From Octopus vulgaris (Eukaryota), in assembly GCA_951406725.2 (NCBI GenBank), contig OX597841.1, forward strand, positions 13,392,001 to 13,456,000: a stretch of 64,000 nt of DNA, in the 5' to 3' direction. Positions 1 to 13,326 of the stretch are shown here, piece after piece. How positions within the stretch are numbered: the first letter of the stretch is position 1; every line of letters begins with the position of its first letter. The notes below the pieces were generated by a model, which was given only the letters and a program-made list of their open reading frames with translations, had not been told where the DNA came from and did not search any database. A program made the translations under genes and the position numbers.

Positions 1-494
1 GTGTGTGTGTATGTATGTATGTATGTATATATGTATGTATGTGTATATATATATATAGAGAGAGAGAGGGAGGGAAAAAGGAGGAGTAATTTGCTTAAAT
101 GTCATACACATTGCCAGATGGTTCACTCAATATTCCTCTCCTGTATGTGTGTGTGTGTGTGTGTGTGTTGCATTGTAACTTGATTTAGCTTGTAATGACT
201 GAGGAGGGTAGGTACCTGCTTGACAACTTGTCACATAACCACTTGAAACCTTCATACTAAATGCCTTCAAAATATCAATAATCGGCTTCTGTTATGTACG
301 TTTATATAGTTATGTATAAAAACGAAAGCCTGTCTCAAGTCTTTTGCCTCATTGTGTTGGAGCTGATCCAAATATTTGTGAGGTGTTTAAGTAAAAGTGA
401 GTTCTAGACTTCTCTCTGGATGGGGTTCCTGTCTGTTGCAGGGATAAATTGCCCTCACACTGCTGCTAATAGTACTTTTGTGTGTGTGTGGAGG

Positions 495-790
495 CATTTT
501 GCTTAGTGGTTAGGGCATTCGGCTGACAATCATAAAGTTGTGAGTTCAATTCCCGGCGGCACACTGTGCCATTGAGCATGACTCTTTATTTCACATTGCT
601 CCAGTCCACTCAGCCAGCATAAATTCAAAGGGGCCAGCCTTGTCACATCCTGTGTTACGCTGAACTTCCTTGAGAACCATGTTACGGGTACGCATGTCTG
701 TGGAGCGTTCAACCACTTTTATGTTAATTTCATGTGCAGGGAGGCTGTTCCGTTGATTGGATCAAATGGATCCCTCGTCATCGTCATAAC
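495..790 (+). mobile_element. tRNA-derived SINE, family D (CORE-like body), decayed
   Basis: A-box-like gcttagtggttag and B-box-like gagttcaattcc, then ttgagcatgactctttatttcacattgctccagt shared with 13745, 16600-16690(-) and 60360. Confidence 0.7.
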
Positions 791-842
791 CGACGGAGAG
801 CCCAGCTATGCGTGCATATGTATACACACATACACAAAGGTA

Positions 843-1266
843 TAGGCGCAGGAGTGACTGTGTGGTAAGTAGCTTGCTAACCAACCACATGGTTCCGGGT
901 TCAATCGCACTGCGGGGCACCTTGCGCAAGTGTCTTCTGCTATAGCCTTGGGCTAACCAAAGCCTTGTGAGTGGATTTGGCAGATGGAAACTGAAAAGAA
1001 GCCCGTCATATATATGTATGTATGTGTGTATATATTTATTATTATATATATATATATATATGCGTGTGTGTTTGCGTGTCTGTGTTTGTCCCCCTAGCAT
1101 TGCTAGGTGTGTTTATGTCCCCGTTACTTAGCGGTTCGGCAAAAGAGACCGATAGAATAAGTACTGGGCTTGCAAAAGAATAAGTGCCGGGGTCGAGTTG
1201 CTCGATTAAAGGCGGTGCTCCAGAATGGCCGCAGTCAAATGACTGAAACAAGTAAAAGAGTAAAGG
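843..1266 (+). mobile_element. tRNA-derived SINE, family A (dominant family), full length
   Basis: Head ggcgcaggagtg.ctgtgtggtaag...ggttca..c, CORE-like ccttg.gcaagtgtctt, internal (TA)n(TG)n, tail gactgaaacaagtaaaagag. More than 20 related copies in the window. Confidence 0.9.
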
Positions 1267-2054
1267 TATAATGTGTGTGTGTGTGTGTGTGTGTGTAGTT
1301 TGATGGACGTGGTGAGATAGTAAGAGCTGTCATTAGGTAGGGTGTGTTTTGTGTGTGTGTGTGTGTGTGTATATGCAGATGTACATTTCTGTGTGTGTAT
1401 GAAGATGTATGTTGCATTCATGTGTGTTCTGGTGGGTGAGTATACATAGGATAGTGGATATGCATGTTTGTGTATGTATGTGTGTGTGTGTATGTATGTA
1501 TATGTATGTGCATGTATGTATGTTGTATATGTATGTATATATATATGTGTGTGTGTGTATGTATATGTATGTATATATCTGTGTGTATATATGTGTGTGT
1601 GTGTGTGTGTGTATACTTGTATGTGTAGGAGGGGGATGGGCAGCCGTCTAGATAGGGGGTGGGGTGGGATTGCGTTCCATCCTGTAATTTGTACATTAAA
1701 CACCCGCACGCCACCTATCATTACTTACCATTCTCTGTACAAAGGACAGGAGGCCTCCACCCCGTACCCCCCCCCCCCCCCCCACTGCTCTGATGGTACC
1801 ACTATCTTCCCCTCGCTCTTTAATCTCTCCCCCCTGCTCCTCCTCCCCTTTATTTCCCACCACCACCACCATCTCTATAACATGGCATTACTAATAACCA
1901 CAACCACCATGAGATTTCTACTATTACTACCACCACCACCACAATACACTACCAAGCCAATGGTGTCCTTTATAAGGTAGCTAGACCTGGTAAAAATAGC
2001 AGCCAAATCTCTCAAATCACACCTTACTATATAACAGCAGTAGTAATAATAATT

Positions 2055-3262
2055 GCTTCTACTATAGGTACAAGGCCTGAAATTTTGGGGGGGAGGGTTA
2101 GGGTTAATTACATCAACCCCAGTATTTCACTGGTATTAAAAGGATGAAAGACAAAGTTGACCTCAGCAGAAATTGAACTCGGAACGTAGCAACTGACAAA
2201 ATACCCCTAGGCATCTTGTCTGGCTTGCTAACGATTCTGCCAGCATGCTACCTTAATAATTATATTAATAATAATAATCATCATCATCATCATCGTTTAG
2301 CGTCCGCTTTCCATGCTAGCATGGGTTGGACGGTTCAACTGGGGTCTGGCAAGCCCGAAGGCTGCACCAGGCCAGTCAAATCTGGCAGTGTTTCTACAGC
2401 TGGATGCCCTTCCTAACGCCAACCACTCCGAGAGTGTAGTGGGTGATTTTATGTGCCACCGACACAGGTGCCAGACGAGGCTGGCTGACGGCCACGCTCG
2501 GATGGTGTTTTTTATGTGCCACCGACACAGGTGCCAGACGAGGCTGGCGAACGGCCAGTAATAATCTTTGCTATTAAAGGTACAAGGCATGAAATTAGTG
2601 GGGGGGGGGGGGGCTAGTCAATTACATGAACCCCAGTGTTTCACTGGTACTTAATTTATCAACCCGAAAGGATGAAAGGCGAAGTTGACCTCAGCAGAAT
2701 TTGAACCCAGAACTTTAAGACACGAAATGCTGCTAAGCATTTTGCCCAACGTGCTAACAATTCTGCCAGCTCACCACCTTAATAATAATAAGTTTCAAGT
2801 TTTGTTATTTTTAAGGTGGGTCATCATGCCAATATTAACACACACACTGGTTCACTTCCACTCCTTTGTTATTATTCAACTGGTTAAATATCCAACCAAT
2901 TAATCGTTTGTTTAACTTGTTGGTTTCAGTAGTCAGTTGTTTGTTTTGTTTTTGTTTGTCAAAGCCTTTCCTTTGTTGCCTGCAGCCTTTTCAATGACTT
3001 TTGACCCAATCCGTTACAGAGGCCCGCACAAAACCCTGAAATAAGTTTTTCCAATTTTGACACAAGCCCAGCAAGTTTGGATGAGGGGTTTGATCGATTA
3101 TGTGGACCCCAGTGTTCAACTGGTCCTTTTAAAAAAATTTTTTTATCGAGTCCCTAAAGTGACAAATGGTAAAGTCAACCATGGCAGAATTTGAACTCTG
3201 AATGTAAAAATGGGTGAAATGCTGCTAAGCATTTTGCTAACGATTCTGCCAGCTCACCACCT
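2055..3262 (-). mobile_element. Cluster of three family-B SINEs (2055-2255, 2565-2782, 3050-3262) with a family-C element (2278-2557)
   Basis: Reverse complements of the family-B motif gagctggcagaatcgttagc...gagttcaaattc...gcctttcatcc and the family-C motif ggaagggcatccagctgtag, separated by (AAT)n/(CAT)n. Confidence 0.8.
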
Positions 3263-3342
3263 TAACGACAACAACAACAGTAACAATAATTATAATGATA
3301 ACAATAATAGCAGGAGTAGTAGTAGTCGTAATAATAATAATT

Positions 3343-3757
3343 ATAGGCGCAGGAGTGGCTGTGTGGTAAGTAGCTTGCTTACCAACCACATGGTTCTGGG
3401 TTCAGTCCCACTGCATGGCATCTTGGGCAAGTGTCTTCTGCTATAGCCCTGGGCCGACCAAAGCCTTGTGAGTGGATTTGGTAGACGGAAACTGAAAGAA
3501 GCCTGTCGTATATATGTATATATGTATATATATGTGTGTGTTTGTGCATCTGTGTTTGTCCCCCTAGCATTGCTTGACAACCGATGCTGGTGTGTTTATG
3601 TCCCTGTTACTTAGCGGTTCAGCAAAAGATACCGATAGAATAAGTACTGGGCTTACAAAAGAATAAGTGCCGGGGTCGAGTTGCTCGATTAAAGGCGGTG
3701 CTCCAGCATGGCCGCAGTCAAATGACTGAAACAAGTAAAAGAGAGAAAGAGAGAGTA
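3343..3757 (+). mobile_element. Family A SINE, full length
   Basis: Near-identical to 843-1266 and 31724-32160. Confidence 0.9.
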
Positions 3758-4909
3758 TAACATTAATAACTTTAATAATGACCATTGCTGGGAGTGGCAT
3801 AATCATCATCATCATCATTGTCATCATCATCATCATCATCAGCATGAGCATCGTTTGATAGCAATGCTGATTTATACAAGAACGTTTATCTCCTCCTCCC
3901 ATCGTGCCGCACGCCACATTTGCACAAAGCGTCACCGCACCCTTGATCTGGTGTCGGTGTGGTGTCGCTCACTCTCTCTTCGTGTTTTTTTTTTTGTTTT
4001 TCCTTTCTTTTCCTTTATTATTTTTTTTGTCTTTTTCGTGCAGCCACTGGCTCCCCCCCCCCCCCCGAATCCTCCACATCCACGCTACTCCTCGCACCTC
4101 TGCTTTTCCCCCTCCTCCCCCACACACCCTGTCTCTCGCCCCAACCCCCACGTCCCTGTCCTTCCCTCATGCCTCCCTCCCCCACCCCCTACTGGAAGCT
4201 GCTGTGTCTCTGTAAAGGTCAGCTGTTTGTCATGGGAAAACTTGTACGCATCCTTCCCACTTCAGTTGCATGTCTTTGGTGGTGGTGGCCGTGGGAGTGG
4301 CAATAGTTATCTGGTGGTGGTGGTGGTAGTAGTAGTAGTAGTGGTGGGAATAGTGGTGGTAGTGGAAGTGGGGGCTGTAGTGGTGTTAATGATAATGACA
4401 ATGGTGGTGGGTGGTGGTAGGAGTGGTAGTATAGGCTGTGGTATTGGTGGTGGTGGTGGTGGTGTTAGGAGTGGTAGTATAGGCTGTGGTGGTGGTGGTG
4501 GTGTAGGTTGGCTCAGGTCAAGCTGACTTATGTTCAACGCCATACCAGATGGTATGGTATAAAGGGAGCAAAATTTGACTTCTATTTCTGGACGGTTTAA
4601 TGACCCCAGTGGAGGTGCAATGGCCTAGTAGCTGAGCCTGGATGCGCATTCATCCATCTGTCGATGCTCTCGGTGTCAGGGGTTGACCTGCTTTCTCTTC
4701 TGAGCAAAGGACCATCGTTCAGACTACTCAGACCGGACAGCTCAACAGCAACAGCAGCAGAAATGGTAGTGTCGGTGGTGGTTGCCACATTGGGAAAGGT
4801 GCAATAGTTACTAGATTGAGTTGTTGTTTAGGGACCCACCCCCTGCTCTCATTCTCCCAATTTAAGACCATCTCTGTAATGACTTTGCAGAGAATGGCAA
4901 TAAATGGGT

Positions 4910-5185
4910 TTACTCTTTTACTTGTTTCAGCCATTTGACTGCGGGCCATGCTGGAGCACCGCCTTTAGTCGAGCAAATCGATCCCAGGATGCCCTTCCTA
5001 ATGCCAGCCACACTGTGAGTGTAGTGGGTGCTTTTTATGTGCCACTGGCACAGATGCCAGAGGAGCTGGCATCGACCATGCTTGGATGGTGCTTTTTACA
5101 TGCCACTGGAAGCCAGTCAAAGTGGCACTGGCACCGGCCACATTCGGATGGTGCTTTTTATGTGCCACTGGCACAGGGGTCACAC
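4910..5185 (-). mobile_element. Family A tail fused to a family C fragment with internal repeats
   Basis: ttactcttttacttgtttcag... joined at ~4988 to gatgcccttcctaatgcc; three tttta.gtgccactgg units follow. Confidence 0.7.
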
Positions 5186-5409
5186 CTACAATTTCCATTT
5201 GATTTGATTTTGGTATTGATGTTGATGTACTTTATATATATATATATATGGAGAGTAGACGTTAAATGATGATGTGTTGTTTTTATTTCCAAAAAATTCT
5301 GGCAAGGCTAGAAACATGGGCATGGATGTGTAGTTAACAGCAATGTGGTCTCAGGTTCAATCCCTCTGTAAGGTAGCTTGGACATTAAATGGTGATGATA
5401 CAGTGGTAA

Positions 5410-5495
5410 ACTCACCTTTGTGACAGTGTCTCTGCACATGGCCCATACAGCTTTCACAAGCCACTCGTCTTCCCCTAGAGCCCACCATATCACAC
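5410..5495 (-). pseudogene. RTE-clade LINE reverse-transcriptase fragment
   Basis: Minus strand reads IWWALGEDEWLVKAVWAMCRDTVTKV, resembling the RTE RT segment IWWALRKLGVxEWLVxxVxxMY with a small deletion. Confidence 0.65.
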
Positions 5496-5769
5496 AGCAG
5501 GGTGTGTGTGTGTGTGTACATGTGGTGTACAGGTGTATATGATGTCACACCATCTTCACCCACAGAGGCATCACCAACACCACCTTACTGCCAATAGCAG
5601 CCAAATCCTCCTTTCAAGCCATACATGGCCATCTTGGGGGGAGAAAAATGGTGGGGTATGTTGGATGATTCCTGGAAAATGAAGGTCAGTTGATGGGGGA
5701 CGGTGGATAGATGTGTTGAATTGAGTCTGGTCTGGGGTTAAACATCAATACACCAGCAACACTACAATA

Positions 5770-6003
5770 CTTATTTCTTTACTACCCACAAGGGGCTAAA
5801 CACAGAGAGGACAAACAAGGACAGACAAACGGATTAAGTCGATTACATCGACCCCAGTGCATCACTGGTACTTATTTAATCAACCCCGAAAGGATGAAAG
5901 GCAAAGTCGACCTCGGCGGAATTTGAACTCAGAACGTAAAGACAGACAAAATACTGCTAAGCATCTCGCCCGGCGTGCTAACGGTTCTGCCAGCTCGCCA
6001 CCT
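5770..6003 (-). mobile_element. Family B SINE (tRNA-like head, Meta/MESC-like gcctttcatcctttcggggt.gat domain), well preserved
   Basis: Reverse complement matches 25103-25520 and 63418-63647; CpGs largely intact. Confidence 0.85.
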
Positions 6004-6109
6004 TGCAACACTACAATACTGACCCTCCCCCCCAGCTCCATTGTGATCCCACCCACAAACTCTCTCTCTCTGATTTGGCCACACACTGACCTTCCTAACA
6101 CTACTGTCA

Positions 6110-6660
6110 CTTGACCACCACCACCACCGCCACAAATGTGAAACCACCAACATCACCCCTTTTCCCAGCTGCTTTTTCTACTACTACTACTACTACTACT
6201 ACTAATAATAATAATAATACCATTACTACTACTACCATTACCACCACCACTACTACTACTAATACTACCACTTCTACTACTACTACTAATACTACCACCT
6301 CTACCATCACCTCTACTGTCAGGCTAATACCACCCCCACCCCTTCTATTTTCCTATGACCATCACCACTGGTCACCCCCAGCATGTTGCTACTGTGGTCA
6401 CTTTCCTACTGTGCCCACCACCATGTATGTACACCATCAACACTACCACTTTACTACTACAAACATCACCACCATCACAACCACCACCATCGCATCCATC
6501 ACAACCACCACCTCCACATAACCACCACCATTGCAACAACCACCTTCTTCACATCACAACCACCACCACCACAACCACCACCATCACTACCACCACTGCC
6601 ACCTCCACCATCTCACCACCACAACCACCTCCTCCTCCCACCACCACTAACCATCTTCCT
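6110..6660. repeat. (CAC/TAC/AAT)n trinucleotide low-complexity tract
   Basis: Seen directly; source of the poly-T/H/V ORFs. Confidence 0.9.
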
Positions 6661-6944
6661 CTCTCTCCCTTTCATCTATAACTGACCTATAATAATAATT
6701 CCACTCTTTTGTCCCCCCCCCCCCGGCCAGCTTTATTTTCTTTTAGTTTTGTGTATTTTGTTGCATTATTATATTTCTCTCCCTCTCTTTCCCTCCTCCT
6801 CCTCCCTCTTCCACTCTTCCCCTCCTCCTCCCTCTTCCCCTCCTCCTCCCTCTCTTTCCCTCTTTTCCTCTGATGGGAGTGGAAAAAATGTGGAGAAAGT
6901 GTAGTCTCTTTAGTTCCACGGTGTGTGCAGGCGTGGCTGTGTGT

Positions 6945-7680
6945 GTGCAGGCGTGGCTGTGTGATAAGAAGCTTGTTTCCAAACCACACGGTTCCAGGTT
7001 CAGTCCCACTGTGTGGCATCTTGCATAAATTACCTTCTACTGTAGCCCCAGGCTGACCAAAGGTTTGTTAATGAATTCCGTAGACGGAAACTGGGAGAAG
7101 CCTGTTGTATGTGTGTCTCTTTGTGTCTGTTTTGGTCCCCCCACCACCTCCACTGCTTGACAACCAATGTTGGTGTGTTTACGTTCCCGTAACTTAGCAG
7201 TTCAGCAAAAGAGACCAATAAATCCTGGGGTCGATTTGTTCAACTACAGGCGGTGCTCCAGCATGGCCACAGTCACATGACTGAAACAGGTAAAAGAATA
7301 CATAAGGTGTAGCTGAGTGGTAAGAAACTTGCTTCCCAACCACATGGTTCCGGGTTCAGTCCCACTGCGTGGAACTTTGGTCAGGTGTCTTCTGCTATGA
7401 CCTCAGGCTGGCCAAAGCCTTGTGAGTGGATTTGGTAGACGGAAACTGAAAGAAGCCCATGGTATACATGCATATGTTTGTGTGTGTGTGCCTCCTCACC
7501 ATCACTTGACAACCGCTGTTGGTGTGTTTACATCCCCGTAGCTTAGCAGTTCGGCTAAAGAGACCAATGGAATAAGTACTAGGCTTACAAAGAATAAGTC
7601 CTGGGCGTGATTTGTTCTACTTAAAGGCGGTGCTCCAGCATGGTCACAGTCAAATGACTGAAATGAATAAAAAAATAAAT
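6945..7680 (+). mobile_element. Two tandem, older family A SINEs (6945-7300, 7305-7680)
   Basis: Both have head, core and tail motifs with more substitutions than the young copies. Confidence 0.8.
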
Positions 7681-7806
7681 ACACATGCATGCACATCTAT
7701 ATGTTCACACACACACACACATATTTAGCCACACCCATACACACATTCTTTCTATCCTTGACTTGGCCATGCACTGACCTTCTCTTGTACACCCTCCTCC
7801 AGATGG

Positions 7807-7814
7807 GTGTGTAG

Positions 7815-7856
<42 letters not shown>

Positions 7857-7997
7857 GTATGTATATATATATATGTATATGTATGTATATATGTATGTAT
7901 ATATATATGTACATATATATATATATACATATATACATATATATACATACATATATATACATATATGTATGTATATATATATATGTATATATGTATG

Positions 7998-8028
<31 letters not shown>

Positions 8029-8036
8029 ATATATAC

Positions 8037-8095
<59 letters not shown>

Positions 8096-8150
8096 CATAT
8101 ATACATATATATATATACATATATACATATATATATATACATACATATAC

Positions 8151-8200
<50 letters not shown>
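7807..8200. repeat. (TA)n/(TATG)/(TACA) compound microsatellite
   Basis: Seen directly. Confidence 0.95.
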
Positions 8201-8203
<3 letters not shown>

Positions 8204-8904
8204 CACACACGTTTTCCCCATAGGGGGCCACACACACATATATATCCATAGATGTGTGTGTATGCATACATCCACTTGGTAATAAATACCTATGCATAAT
8301 ATCCCGCTTTCATTCATTCTTGCCTTCTCCCCTCTCTCTTTCTCTGTCATTCTGTCTATCTTCACCTCCTCCATCTCTCAATCTTTCCTCCTCCTCATTG
8401 TCCTAGTCTTGGCATTCTTGCCTCCCCCCCTTCTCTCTCACCATCAGTTGCATTGATAATGATGCTCTGGTGGTCCATCATTCACTCATTCTTTACCTTC
8501 CCCTCCCCTCACTCACCCCTCCTACCTACCTCCTCCCTTCCCCCATAATGTCCATCATCACCTAGAGCATGATCTGACTTTCCTACTGGGCATGGGAGGA
8601 GCCCTATTTAAAAAGGACATCCTTTTCAAAGTAACCAGTCTTTCTGCATTTGTGTAAAATGTTGAAGACACCATGCACTCCATTAAACTCTCTGCAATTC
8701 TTATAACCCAAACATGAAGCATTTATAAATTTGGTTTTGACATTAATATTTATTCAGTCCTTTTGGTGTAGCACGACTGCTCCATGTGAAACAGTTGCAT
8801 GGCTAGAATCCTATGGCAAGATTTGTCTTTGTTTCTTCTTTATCAATTGCAGCCCCAACCCCTTTGTAGAAACTCTTGCGTGATCTTCAAATCACACCCT
8901 ACCA

Positions 8905-9305
8905 TGTGTGAGCCAGTGAGGGAGACCTCTCTACATGGTAGCTAGACCTGGTAGAAATAGCAGCCAAATCTCCCTCAAATCACACCCTACTCTCTTATAT
9001 ATGTATGTATGAGCCAATGAGGAAAACCTCTACATGGTAGCTAGACCTGGTAGAAATAGCAGCCAAATCTCCCTCAAATTACACCTTACTCTCTTATCTA
9101 TGTATATATGTATGAGCCAATGGGGGAGACCTCTACATGGTGGCCAGACCTGGTAGAAATAGCAGCCAAATCTCCCTCAAATCACATCCTACTGTCTTAT
9201 CTATGTATATATATATGTATGTATGAGTGAAGGATGAAGGCCTCTACATGGTAGCTAGACCTGGTAGAAATAGCAGTTAAATCTTCCGAAATCACACTCT
9301 GCTGT
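8905..9305. repeat. Tandem array, 4 copies of a ~100-112 bp unit
   Basis: ctacatggtagctagacctggtagaaatagcagccaaatctccctcaaatcacacc starts at ~8931, 9030, 9133 and 9245. Confidence 0.9.
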
Positions 9306-9674
9306 TTCATGCATGTTTACATGTATGTATAATGTGTGTGCGTGCAATACGTATTGGATGTCTATGCTGTATATTTACGTATGTATATATATATATATAT
9401 GTACTTGTGAAAATGTGAGTATGTGTGTGTGTGTGTGTGTGGTGGGATGTATGTAGTGAGTGTGTGTGTGTGTGTGTGGTTAGTGATGGCAGAGGTGAGT
9501 AATACGGGAAACACTTCAACGACCATTGCAGTTGTGATGAAAAGTTTGGGTAAGTGAGTCTGCACAGGAAGGAAGTCCTGTGCGCACACACACACACACA
9601 CACACTCTCTCTCTCTCTCGTAACATTACCCACTCACTCCAACCACCAAGGCTAATTATCAGTAACAGCTACTA

Positions 9675-10160
9675 TATGTATATATACATGTACGCATATG
9701 TATATATATATATATATGTGTGTATATATATATAAATATATATATATATATGTGTGTGTGTGTATGTATATATATGTGTGTGTGTGTGTATGTATATATA
9801 TGTGTATGTGTGTGTGTGTATGTATATATATGTGTATGTGTGTGTATGTATATATATGTGTGTGTATATATATATATATATACGTGTGTGTGTATATATA
9901 TGTGTGTGTGTGTGTGTGTGTATATATATGTGTCTGTGTGTGTGTATATATATGTGTGTGTATATGTGTGTGTGTATATATATGTGTGTGTATATGTGTG
10001 TGTGTATATATATGTGTGTGTATATGTGTGTGTGTATATATATGTGTGTATATATGTGTGTGTATATATATATGTGTGTATATATATGTGTGTGTGTGCA
10101 TATATATATATATATGTGTGTGTATGTATGTATATATATATATGTGTGTGTATATATATG
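9675..10160. repeat. (TA)n(TG)n compound microsatellite
   Basis: Seen directly. Confidence 0.95.
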
Positions 10161-10799
10161 TGACAGCATGTATATTGTTGGTGATTTTCTTTCTCTGTCT
10201 TCCCCTTCTTTGACATTTTTCTATATTTCTGATGAAGAGCTCTGCATGAAATGTGAAATCCCCTTTCCTTTCCTTCCCATGTAGTTGGACAGAATCCACA
10301 ACCATGTGCTCGGTGAAGCCAACATGTTACCACATGGCAGCCATGCCTTCCCGTCCATTTTCTTCTGCTTGATTGTGGCACATGAAATCCAACGGCAGGA
10401 TGCCTCTTCTGTCACCAACATTCACCTATCCCCCCCTCCCCCTTCAAGCATCAACAGCACAGTGGCCGTGCATGTTTTCCTGGAAGATTGCCATTGAACA
10501 GACCACACGGCTCGTTTGCTTGCAATTAACTCATGGCTTCAGAACAAATAATCTGAAAAGAGGCTCGGCTGCTATTCTTAGCAGGTCAAGAGACCACCTG
10601 AGGGCAACCTTGTTTGGCATGCTGGCCTGTTAGTTGGGTGGGTGTGTGGGAGGGGGTGGTGTTAGTGGTCAGTAGTGTCCAGTAAGCAGGTCGTACTCAC
10701 TCACACACCCCCACCCCTCCCATCTCTCCTCTTTCTAATTTCGTCTGCAAGAAATTTGGACGAAATTCTTAGAAACAAAGGAAATTACATTTGGCAAAG

Positions 10800-11250
10800 C
10801 TCTCTCTCCTCTCTCACCATCTCTCTCCCCCCATTCTCTCTCACCATCTCTCCCTCTCTCTGGTTCTCTCTCTCTCTGTCTCTCTCTATCTGTCTGTCTC
10901 TCTCTCTCTCTCTGTCTGTCTCTCTCTCTGGTTCTCTCTCTCTTTCTCTCTCTGTGTCTCCCTCTCTGTCTGTCTCTCTCTCTCTGCTCTCTCTCTCTTT
11001 GACTCTCTTTCTCTGGCTCTCCAGTTTGCTCTCTCTCTCTCTGGCTCTCTCCCTCCCTCCAGCGCTCTCCCTCTCCATCTCTCTCCCTCTTTTCTCTCCC
11101 TATCTCTCCCTCTCCTTTTCCCCTCATAACACCCTCTCTTTCTACCACCCTCTCCTCTCTTCACCCCCCTCTGCTCTTTCCCTTCCCTTTTCTTTCCATT
11201 TCTTCTTTATTCCTCTTCCCTTTTCCTCATCTTTTTTCCTTTTACCTTTT
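10800..11250. repeat. (CT)n polypyrimidine tract
   Basis: Seen directly. Confidence 0.9.
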
Positions 11251-11625
11251 CCAAACAATTTTTGCCAAATTATCAACAAAAATCGCCACAAAATGGAAAT
11301 AATTTCTGCTGAGGTTGTTTTGCTTTTTGTTTTGTTTTTCTGTAACCTTCTTTGATTCCTTCACTCGTTGGACCACGGCCATACTGGAGCACCACCTTTA
11401 AGCATTTTCAGTCAGCCATATTGACCCCCCTCCCCCACCCTCTCCTGCTCTGATGGTCATCTTAACAATCTAGATTCTCTTTTTTTTTTAGAAAAAAAAA
11501 CCCAGCTTGCAAACACAAGTGCCACCCCTTGCAAGCCCCCCCCCATACCAGCGAGCTTATGGGGTCATCTGGAAAATTGTCAAAAGGGACAGCATAAACC
11601 ACTTGATTTTGGGGCCAGTTTGCAC

Positions 11626-11810
11626 CCTCTCATTACCACATCCTCTCATTACCACACCCTCTCTCTCATTGCCACACCCTCTCTCTCATTGCCACACCCT
11701 CTCTCTCATTGCCACACCCTCTCTTTCATTGCCACACCCTCTCTCTCATTGCCACACCCTCCTCTCATTGCCACACCCTCTCTCTCCTTTGCCACACCCT
11801 CTCTCGTTGC
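11626..11810. repeat. 20-bp minisatellite (ctctctcattgccacaccct), ~9 copies
   Basis: Exact 20-bp period from 11661 to 11760. Confidence 0.95.
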
Positions 11811-12090
11811 CTTGAGCAAGTGTCTTCTATTATAACCTCAGGCCGGCCAAAGCTTTGTGAGTGGATTTGGTAGATAGAAACTGAAAGAAGCCCATCATAT
11901 GTGTGTGTTTGTCCCCCACCATCACTTGACAATCAATGATGGTGTGTTTATGTCCCCATAACTTAGTGGTTCGGAAAAAGAGACTGATAGAATAAGTTCT
12001 AGGCTTACAAAGAATATGCTCTGGGGTCGATTTGCTCCAGCATGGCCACAGTCAAATGACTGAAACAAATACAAGAATAAAAGAGTAAAA
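11810..12090 (+). mobile_element. Family A SINE lacking the tRNA head
   Basis: Starts at cttgagcaagtgtctt; normal body and tail. Confidence 0.8.
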
Positions 12091-12146
12091 TGTGTGTGTG
12101 AGTGTCTTTGTGTGTGTGTGTGTGTGTGTATAAAATATGCACACAT

Positions 12147-12370
12147 CGTGGCCGTCTGCCAGCCTCGTCTGGCACCTGTGCAGGTGGCACGTAAAAATCA
12201 CCCACTACACTCACGGAGTGGTTGGCGTTAGGAAGGGCATCCAGCTGTAGAAACATTGCCAGATCAGACTGGGCCTGGTGCAGCCTTCTGGCTTCCCAGA
12301 CCCCAGTTGAACCGTCCAACCCATGCTAGCATGGAAAGCGGACGCTAAATGATGATGATGATGATGATGA
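12147..12370 (+). mobile_element. Family C retroposon (ggcgttaggaagggcatccagctgtag motif, (GAT)n tail)
   Basis: Matches 40440-40625, 24870-25100 and the reverse complement of 2278-2557. Confidence 0.85.
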
Positions 12371-13326
12371 TCTCTGTTCTAATTTGCAAGTGATTATCCT
12401 GTCAAAATTGTGGCAGTGTTTCATATCTGCTATTTTTTTTGAAAGCAGTAAACTGGTCCTGGAGGCTGCTGTGTCCTGCTGTTGACTCTGATGATGATGA
12501 TTGCGATGAGGGTGAGAGAGAGAAACATGATAACAGTGATGGCGTTGGCCACGGAGGAGACAGATGAAGTGGTGGTTGTGGGGGTGGAGGATGAACTGAG
12601 GTGGGTGGTGATGATGATGATGATGGTGGTGAGTAGTGGATACAGTGATGTATATAGCAATTAACAACGATAGTTATGATGATGATGATGATTCTGAGAA
12701 CAAGAAGGAAGTCCAAATGAGGCCATCAAGCCTAGATCAAGGAAATGCGATGTTGAGAGTCGGTTTTTGGTGATGTCAGGTCTCACCCTTCCCCTCTACT
12801 TCCCAGCACCACCCCTCACATACCCCCCACCATTGCTTTCTGGAGAGTGGGGGACGGGGGTCCTCACCATGCTTAAAGAGGGTTACAGGATTTGCTAGAA
12901 ATAACAGCTAAATCTCTCTCTCTCTCTCTCCCTCTCTCTCTTTCTCTCTCTCTTTTTCTCTCTCTCTCTCTTCATTCCACCTTTTATTGAGGCATAGTCA
13001 CAGTCTACCTAGAGATACATAGTCAAATGTGTTGTTCCTTTTTCTGCTGTGATTCATTTAGCACCAGGCCAAATCAGCTGAGGTCCAGCAGACCCGTGAT
13101 CAAAGACATTCCTGTCGTGACCTTATCTTTCATTTGGGCATTATGTATCTTGGACTACATTATCTGATGTCCATTATTTTCTTTTTTTTTATTGTGTAGC
13201 CCCTGGTCAGCTCTGATCCAGCAGGATGGGTTGGCCACAGCCAGCTCAAGGGTGGCTAAGTGGTTAGGCTGTTGCATTCACAATCGCTAGATCGTGGGTT
13301 CAATTCTCAGACTGGCTGGCATATTG

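Noticed and set aside
843-1266. Recurrent ORFs such as RLPNPLTRLWSARGYSRRHLPK and FQSFDCGHAGAPPL
   Set aside because: Translations of family A SINE copies, not a gene family.
3343-3420. tRNA-like A/B boxes as possible tRNA genes (also 499, 13251, 52430, 56600, 59830)
   Set aside because: No complete cloverleaf; each runs into a SINE body.
7697-8374. Long YI/VC/TH-rich ORFs here and at 9652-10381, 14825-15880, 20284-21246, 43404-44075, 51094-51842, 60945-61495
   Set aside because: Translations of (TA)n/(TG)n/(CA)n microsatellites, which lack stops by construction; open on both strands.
8658-8717. NVEDTMHS, resembling talin NVVKTMQF as a possible first coding exon
   Set aside because: In-frame TAA immediately upstream (8655-8657), no further similarity, no phase-1 donor.
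9481-9560. Two consensus donors (GAG|gtgagt, TGG|gtaagt) in a short unique island
   Set aside because: No talin-like reading or convincing acceptor upstream; cannot be supported without transcript data.
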